Of a stretch of DNA of 64,000 nucleotides, positions 53,320-64,000 are shown piece by piece (within the stretch, counting starts at the first letter, position 1; the number at the start of each line of letters is the position of its first letter). Location: positions 7,812,001-7,876,000 of the forward strand of contig OZ024747.1 of assembly GCA_964016885.1 (NCBI GenBank), in the 5' to 3' direction. Source of the DNA: Eledone cirrhosa. Taxonomy: Eukaryota. Under the pieces are notes generated by a model, which was not told where the DNA came from, did not search any database, and saw only the letters and a list, made by a program, of their open reading frames with translations. A program made the translations under genes and the position numbers.

Positions 53320-53660
53320 TCATCATTTTACGTCCATTGTTTCCATGCTGGCATGGGTTGGACGGGTTTATCACAGACAGCACTTAATTGGGAGTTACTA
53401 TCCTCCCAGACAGGTGGGGGATGAGGGTGAATGTGGATCACATCTTGGTTTCTACATTTGGATGCCCTTAACGCCAGCCACTTTACAGTGTATGGGGTGC
53501 ATTTTATCATGGCACCAGCACTGGGGAGGATGCCAAATCCTTGACACAATTGAAGAGTCCTCTCAACTTTTAGCTTGGTAAGTTTTCTACAGCAGGCTGC
53601 CCTTCCTAATGCCAAAAACCTTTACAGAGTGTACTGGGTGCATGTTTTGTGATGCCAGCA
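53320..53660 (-). mobile_element. SINE-like element with RTE-type (ATG)n tail
   Basis: CATCATTTTACGTCCATTGTTTCCATGCTGGCATGGGTTGGACGG and GGATGCCCTTAACGCCAGCCACTTTACAGTG are reverse complements of the family motifs. Confidence 0.6.
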
Positions 53661-54789
53661 CTTAAAAAGGATGCTATGTCCATATGACTGAAGAGTCAAT
53701 TCGACCCTTTTGGCATGAATTTTACGGCTAGATACTCTTAACACCAAATACTTTAGAGTGTATTGGGTGAATTTTATATAAATAGTGTGTATATATACAT
53801 GTCTATGTATGTATGTATGGATGGATCAATCGATGGGTGTATTTATATGTATATTTATGTATGTTTGTGCATATTTATGTATATATATATATATATAAAT
53901 ATATATGTATGTATACATGTGTGTGCATTTACATATGTGATATGAATATATATCATAATCGTTTGATGTTTGCTTTTCATGCTGAATTAGTTGGGCATGT
54001 CATTAAGGTTGATGTCAGTTTTCATTGGGAATTAATACCCTTCTAGAAAAGTAGGGGACATCTTTCTCTTAGAACTTGGGCTTGGTTATGCCCTTCATAA
54101 TGCTAACTATTTTACAGAATGTACTAGGTGTCTTTTATCATGGCAGCAGCACTAATAGTTAATTATCTATTAACAGAACAAAACAAGTATTTGCTATGTT
54201 GTTCTTACTTTCCTCTTTGACTCAGTTTCTTTCAGTTCAGGTTAACTCAAGTGCTGGTTGAGGTTTTGCATTCCTTGTTGAAATAGGTTTTTTTTTTTTG
54301 TATGGGTGACTAGTTGGTGACTTACCACATTTCAAATAGAATGAAACTGATTATCTTTGATATATAATGGTAAATCTTTTATAAAATTGTGCACAGTCTT
54401 TGTGTAAATATCTCAATTGTTTGATTGGCATATGTGTAAGAAAATGACTACTATCAGCTATTGGTTGCCAGACGAAGACGTATCAGTGATTTACTTTATC
54501 TATATATTTGTATGTTATCCAAGATGTCTGCTTATATATATGCATACTGTTTTGGGCATTGTTTTCTGTGTTCATTTTTGCCTTTTATGTGTGAATGTAA
54601 TGTTTCTAGAGTAACACAACACTGGCACACATATACACACATACACACCACACACTCCACACACCACCTCTCTCTCTCTGGATAAGAACTCTTTCTTACA
54701 TTCTATTATATTCTTTTAAGGTAGATATATCATTTACATAGTCACAAGAAATCATTAACTACAAGATTTTGTGCTAATTCTCCACATTT

Positions 54790-54985
54790 ATCACCATCAT
54801 CATTTTTCCACTCTTGCAAGTGTTGTACATATCCTTTTCAGCACACCATCTCTCCACATGTCGCAATCCTTCACAGCACAGCATCTCTCCACTCATTGAG
54901 ATCTTTCACAATCTCCAATTTTAGTGATTTGAGATCAGCTCTCATCACATCTGTCCAAGTTTTCCTTGGCCTTCTACTGGGATTT
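54790..54985 (-). mobile_element. RTE ORF C-terminal remnant
   Basis: Minus strand reads RRPRKTWTDVMRADLKSLKLEIVKDLNEWRDAVL*, matching the RTE GRPRKTW..V..DL motif; short ATG-repeat tail. Confidence 0.65.
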
Positions 54986-55879
54986 CTTGGTACCTCTTCA
55001 CTCAGTGATCACCATCCATGCCTATCACATGTCCATGTATGTATGAATATTGGTAATGATGGGAGGGAGGGAGGGGCTCATACCACTGGGAGAAGAAACG
55101 TCAGGTCATGGAAATGGTCTTGAATAGAGTGAGTTATGTCTGTTGGCGTATTGTGAGGCATGGCTGACTTTCCATGCTGGCATGGGTTGGACAAGGGAAG
55201 CATATCAGGGATGTGGGTTGGAATAGGGAGACATCTTTCTTCCATGGTGACGGAGGTTGGATAAGGAAGGTAGAAGGAAAGCACAATTGGAGATAACACT
55301 TCTTTCAGTACAGGTATAGGTTAGATGAGGAAAGGGGCTGGGTGACTAATGGGAATGGATGGGGACTTTAGGGAGTGTGGGTGTAGTTGAGGGGATTATA
55401 TTTAATATATATATTATATATAGCTGAATAGGTTGTGAGTAGAGGCCAGTAAGACCATTATAAAACTTAGCACTCTATACTTAAAGAAAAATAGTGTAGA
55501 TATTATAAGGACTCTCTGCCCTATGGTTAAGCTTTTACTGTTTCTATAGTAAATTGCTATCAAACAGAAGCTTAACCATAGGACAGAGAATCCTCTTAAT
55601 AATATATATACATTCATACATTAGAGATTCTTTAGTCACCTACATGACTGCATTCTCCATTACTGTCACTGGTATCAAGGAGTCTGTCTTGATCTGACAA
55701 TACGAGTGTATTTGTCATTATGAACCCATGACAAAGAAGCACTACAGCTTAAAAGGAAATGGGAAAAGACTTTGAATGGTGGCCATACTTGATGGTGAGT
55801 TGACTGTCATCATATGTATGCCTCTCTCTCTCTCTCTCTACATACACACACACTCACATAGGCTTGTTTATCTATGTAT

Positions 55880-56190
55880 GTATATATATATCGTGTAACT
55901 ATCAATCATATCAACCCAAGTACTTACTTTAAAGTATGGTTTTTTTAACAATCTCAATTTGTTGAACTGCTAACATAAGGACACAAACAGCACCACATTT
56001 TAAGCTGTGTAAACATAAACACTTACGAGCACATACCGTTACACACAATGCAGCATTTCCCTCTACTAAAATCACTTACAAGGTATTAATAAACCCATGG
56101 TCATAGAAGTCACTTTCTCAAGGTGTCATGCAATAAGATTGAACCCAAAACCACATGGTCACAAAGCAAACTTCTTAACCACATACCTAT
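55880..56190 (-). mobile_element. decayed tRNA-derived SINE
   Basis: Minus strand TGTGGTTAAGAAG...GGGTTCAATC...CACCTTGAGAAAGTGACTT (tRNA head plus CORE-like segment). Confidence 0.55.
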
Positions 56191-56458
56191 ATGTGCACTT
56201 TATATATATGTGTATGTCTGTGTGTCCCAGGTTCAATCAGGGGTAACCACAGTCAGTCAGGTACTCAATACATTAGTAGAGTGTAAACATCATGTTTAAT
56301 ATAGGAATGGCTTCTACAAGACTAGAACTGTTTCATTCAAAAGAAATCATCAGTGTGTGTGTGTGTGTGATTAACTACTTTAAGCATGCACTGAATAAAG
56401 GACTTCATACTGTTTATAGAGTTGAAATTATTAAAAATGACATTTTTCTTCAGATTTG

Positions 56459-56658
56459 NNNNNNNNNNNNNNNNNNNNNNNNNNNNNNNNNNNNNNNNNN
56501 NNNNNNNNNNNNNNNNNNNNNNNNNNNNNNNNNNNNNNNNNNNNNNNNNNNNNNNNNNNNNNNNNNNNNNNNNNNNNNNNNNNNNNNNNNNNNNNNNNNN
56601 NNNNNNNNNNNNNNNNNNNNNNNNNNNNNNNNNNNNNNNNNNNNNNNNNNNNNNNNNN
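56459..56658. other. assembly gap
   Basis: 200 N. Confidence 0.99.
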
Positions 56659-60545
<3,887 letters not shown>

Positions 60546-61879
60546 ATAATATGTAGATATAAGCTACTTATATCTTGTACAAGCAAAGAGGAGTCCTCAA
60601 TACAAAGGTAGAAGAGTATAATTTTATTTCAAGTTGAGCAATCCATGTGCGCGCGCGCACAAACACATACACACACACACTCTCTCTCTGATTCAAACAT
60701 AAATAACAACAACAACAAAAGGTAACTTATGTCAGACCCAGGGAAACACAATCTCTAGATCCAGAATAAAACATGTTATTTAGTTGGGGTTTTTAAAATG
60801 CAACCCTTCTTCTCTTGTCTCTTATTTCCTTCCACCTACTTTATGACAGACAAATAAGAGTGTCACTGATGTTTTATTATTTATTTTTTTTACATGTTTT
60901 TAACCCCCCCCCCCCCCATTTTTCCAAAGCTTATTTTTGTTTTGTTTGTTTCTCCTCACCATCCTTTCTCATTGATGATCTGGGAGGTTGGTGTGACAGG
61001 AGAAGAAATAAATAGTACAATGTAATTATTTCTGCAAACTGGGACAAAAATAATTATCTTTTTTTTTCTTTATCCTTCGTCTTTTCTGAAGGCTTTTATT
61101 TTTTTTTTTTTAAATAAATGTTATATTTTTTTTAAGTATTTATTATTATTATTTTTTTTTCTTGCTTATTGAATTGTTATGTTTGTTAGGTCTCCAAGGC
61201 CATTTCTGTACATATATAAACAACTTTATGATGTCTAGGGCTGTTTATTACTTGTTTTTCTTTTTCTCTTTTTGTTTAACTGTCTTTCTTGTTAATATCC
61301 TTGTGGTGGGAATTATAGCACAAAAAGAGGGTCAGCTGTGTTTGCTGCCATAACCTTTCCTCTTTGTAAATTTGTGGCTATCTGTTCAACATGAGAACCC
61401 TTCTTCCATTTATCATTTTTTATCATTTTTGTTTTGTTATCAACCATACTCTCTCTCTCTCTCTCTCTCTCTTCACCATCTTTGATACTCTGTCTCTACC
61501 TAATTGTTTTACTAAATAATTTGTGAGTTGTGAGTACCATTAAGTTGGAGGTGAATACCTGGCGACCTGAACCGAGTCTTTGATATCTGGTTGGGACTCG
61601 TTTTTTTTTTTTTTAACCCCCTTCACTTCACTCTGCTTTGATTATGCTGTTGGCAAAAGCATGAAAATTCTTGAAACATTCTCAATTTTTCTTTTTTTCT
61701 TTCTGCATATACTCTGAAATATCTTTGGTTTTATGTCACTTTATTATATATGTGCCTCTTGATAGAAGCTAGATAGCAAATGTGACTCTGGATAATATTA
61801 ATAACTAATTTTATACAAACTATCAGCCCGATACAGACATGCATGTGTGTGTGTGTATATATATATGTACATATATGCA

Positions 61880-61926
<47 letters not shown>

Positions 61927-62191
61927 ATATATCCATGTATGTGTGTGTGTGTATATATATATATAAGGTAGTTTTTCAGTCTGTGACTCACACAGACATT
62001 ACTCACAATTTTCTAGACACGCAGGCACATGCCCAGAAAACTTCCTGTAATGTCGGTATATGTTATTCACTGCTGAACTACAAAAATAATCTTCATAAGG
62101 TATTGAGTGCTATTTTCTTTGTACATTTATTTGTGATATACATACACACAAACGTGTGTGTGTGTATGTATATATATATAATCTGTATGAG

Positions 62192-62251
<60 letters not shown>

Positions 62252-62470
62252 GTGTGTATGTGTAAGTATATCTAATGGTTTATATAATGGTGGATTCGTA
62301 TTTAAGAATTTTCATTCAATCTGATTTTTTTTTTTTAATTGGGAAAAATTGAAAGAAAAGAAACTTCCAGAATTTGGTAGAGAAAGAAAAAAAATTGAAA
62401 ATAAATCCCTAAAAAAAAACCAAACTATCACCTGCCAAACATTTGGATGGTTTATTATTATTATTATAAG

Positions 62471-62690
62471 GGCGGTGGATTGGCAGTATCGGTAGAGCAT
62501 CAGACACCATGCTTTGCAGCATAGTTACGGCCCTTTACGTTCTGAGTTCAAATCGCACCGAGGTTAGCTTTGCCTTTCATCCTCACGGGGTTCGACAAAA
62601 TAATGTACCAGTAATGCACTGGGGTTGATTTGATTGACTTCCCCTCCCCCAAAACTGATGGCCTTGTGTGCCTAAATCAGAAGCCATTAC
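62471..62690 (+). mobile_element. full-length tRNA-derived SINE
   Basis: GGCGGTGGATTGGCAGTATCGGTAGAGC...GAGTTCAAATCG...family core; preceded by an (ATT)n tract. Confidence 0.8.
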
Positions 62691-63349
62691 CATTAATAGA
62701 TTAATTGAATTATTTGGATGTATTGGCAATTGGAGAAGGGGTGTGTGTGTGTATATATATATATGCCTGTGTATATATGTGTGTGTGTGTGGTGTGTGTG
62801 TGCGTGTGTGTATATACATCACCATTTAATGCCTGTCTGTACCATGTTTGCATGGATTAGACTGGTTGTAAAGTTGTGAGGCTTAACAGGTCAGGTGACC
62901 ACATTTTGCTCATACTGTTTTTGGTTTGGTTTTCTCTGGCTCAATGTTTTCCTAACACTAACCATTTTACAGCGTGTACTAGGAGCATTTTTCATGGCAC
63001 CAGCACTATTGCCTTCTATGTGTAGAACAAGAACCTCATTGTTAGATTGACATTTGTAAAGACAGAATAACGTAGTGGATAGTTCATGGATAATCACTTA
63101 ATGTTTGTGTTTGAAATAAATGATTCATTCCATCATGAAACGGTTTCTTGCTATGTGTAATATTTTAGGTGACCACTGTCTATTTATCTGCCTGAAGGAT
63201 TTGCATGTAGTAACGAAGCTCTGGGTTTCTGACAGTGAATTGTATGCCTTTACCAAATAAATAAACTCTAATTATATATGTATGTATGTAAGTGTGTGTG
63301 TGTGTGTGTCTCTATGTATGCATGTGTGTATATATATATATATATATAT

Positions 63350-63645
63350 ATGTGTGTATGAATGTTTGTATATATATATATATATGTGTGTATGAATGTT
63401 TGTATATATATATGTGTGTGTATGAATGTTTGTATATCTGTGTGTATGAATGTTTGTATATATATCTGTGTGTGTATGAGTGTTTGTATATATCTGTGTG
63501 TATGAGTGTTTGTATATATCTGTGTGTATGAGTGTTTGTATATATTTATATATGTGTGTATGAATGTTTGTATATATTTATATATGTGTGTATGAATGTT
63601 TGTATATATTTATATATGTGTGTATGAATGTTTGTATATATTTAT
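63350..63645. repeat. ~25-35-bp microsatellite-derived tandem repeat
   Basis: Unit approximately TGTGTGTATGAATGTTTGTATATATTTATATA. Confidence 0.9.
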
Positions 63646-63795
63646 GTAAGTATTATAAGTATGTATCTTAAATGGTGATGATATTTCTTTCCCCTTCTCC
63701 AATCCCTGCATTAATTAATCTACTGTCCTGTGAGAATGGTTAATTAATCAGTAAATGAACTCCTGCTCTGGCTGTTAATTATATCATTATTATTC

Positions 63796-63991
63796 GGTGG
63801 ATTGGCAGTATCGGTAGAGGGTCGGACGCCATGCTTTCCAGCATAGTTACGTCCCTTTACGATCTGAGTTCAAATCCCGCCGAGGTTGACTTTGCCTTTC
63901 ATCCTTACGGGGTCGATAAAATAAAGTACCAGTAATGCACTGGGGTAATTGCTGGCCTTGTGCCTAAAGTAGAAACAATTATTATTATTAT
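63796..63991 (+). mobile_element. young tRNA-derived SINE, short subfamily
   Basis: Near-identical to 6448-6640 including the same internal deletion; CpGs retained; a further copy appears to start at the window end. Confidence 0.8.
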
Positions 63992-64000
63992 TTGGATTGG

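Noticed and set aside
60546-64000. A second host gene after the gap
   Set aside because: No exon with recognisable protein similarity; only SINEs, simple repeats and T-rich sequence.

Overview
Eukaryotic, AT-rich, microsatellite-dense animal DNA; the repeat families suggest an octopus or other coleoid cephalopod (inference). The window holds the 3' eight coding exons of a beta-TrCP/slimb (BTRC/FBXW11) gene on the + strand (5195-50003), with all splice phases consistent; the F-box exons lie upstream of the window. A ~31 kb intron (5333-36309) is mostly degenerate (TA)n/(TATG)n repeat into which several retroelements have inserted. These are an intact RTE-clade LINE (1181 aa: APE endonuclease, RT, three C-terminal C2H2 fingers), a ~580 bp non-autonomous relative and a CR1-group 3' fragment; a decayed mariner follows the tract. 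The non-autonomous element keeps the 5'UTR RNA fold, the last zinc finger and the 3' stem-loop, with compensatory base changes relative to the LINE. The LINE ORF begins with a strong in-frame splice-acceptor-like site that could fuse it to the host F-box protein. The last intron is nearly filled by a 7 kb 22-bp minisatellite with a 2372-bp higher-order duplication. Also present are a non-autonomous Helitron, a TSD-flanked L1/Tx1-like fragment next to a host acceptor, TTAA MITEs, many tRNA-derived SINEs and a 200-N gap. The long Y/I/H/M/C/V ORFs are microsatellite artefacts.
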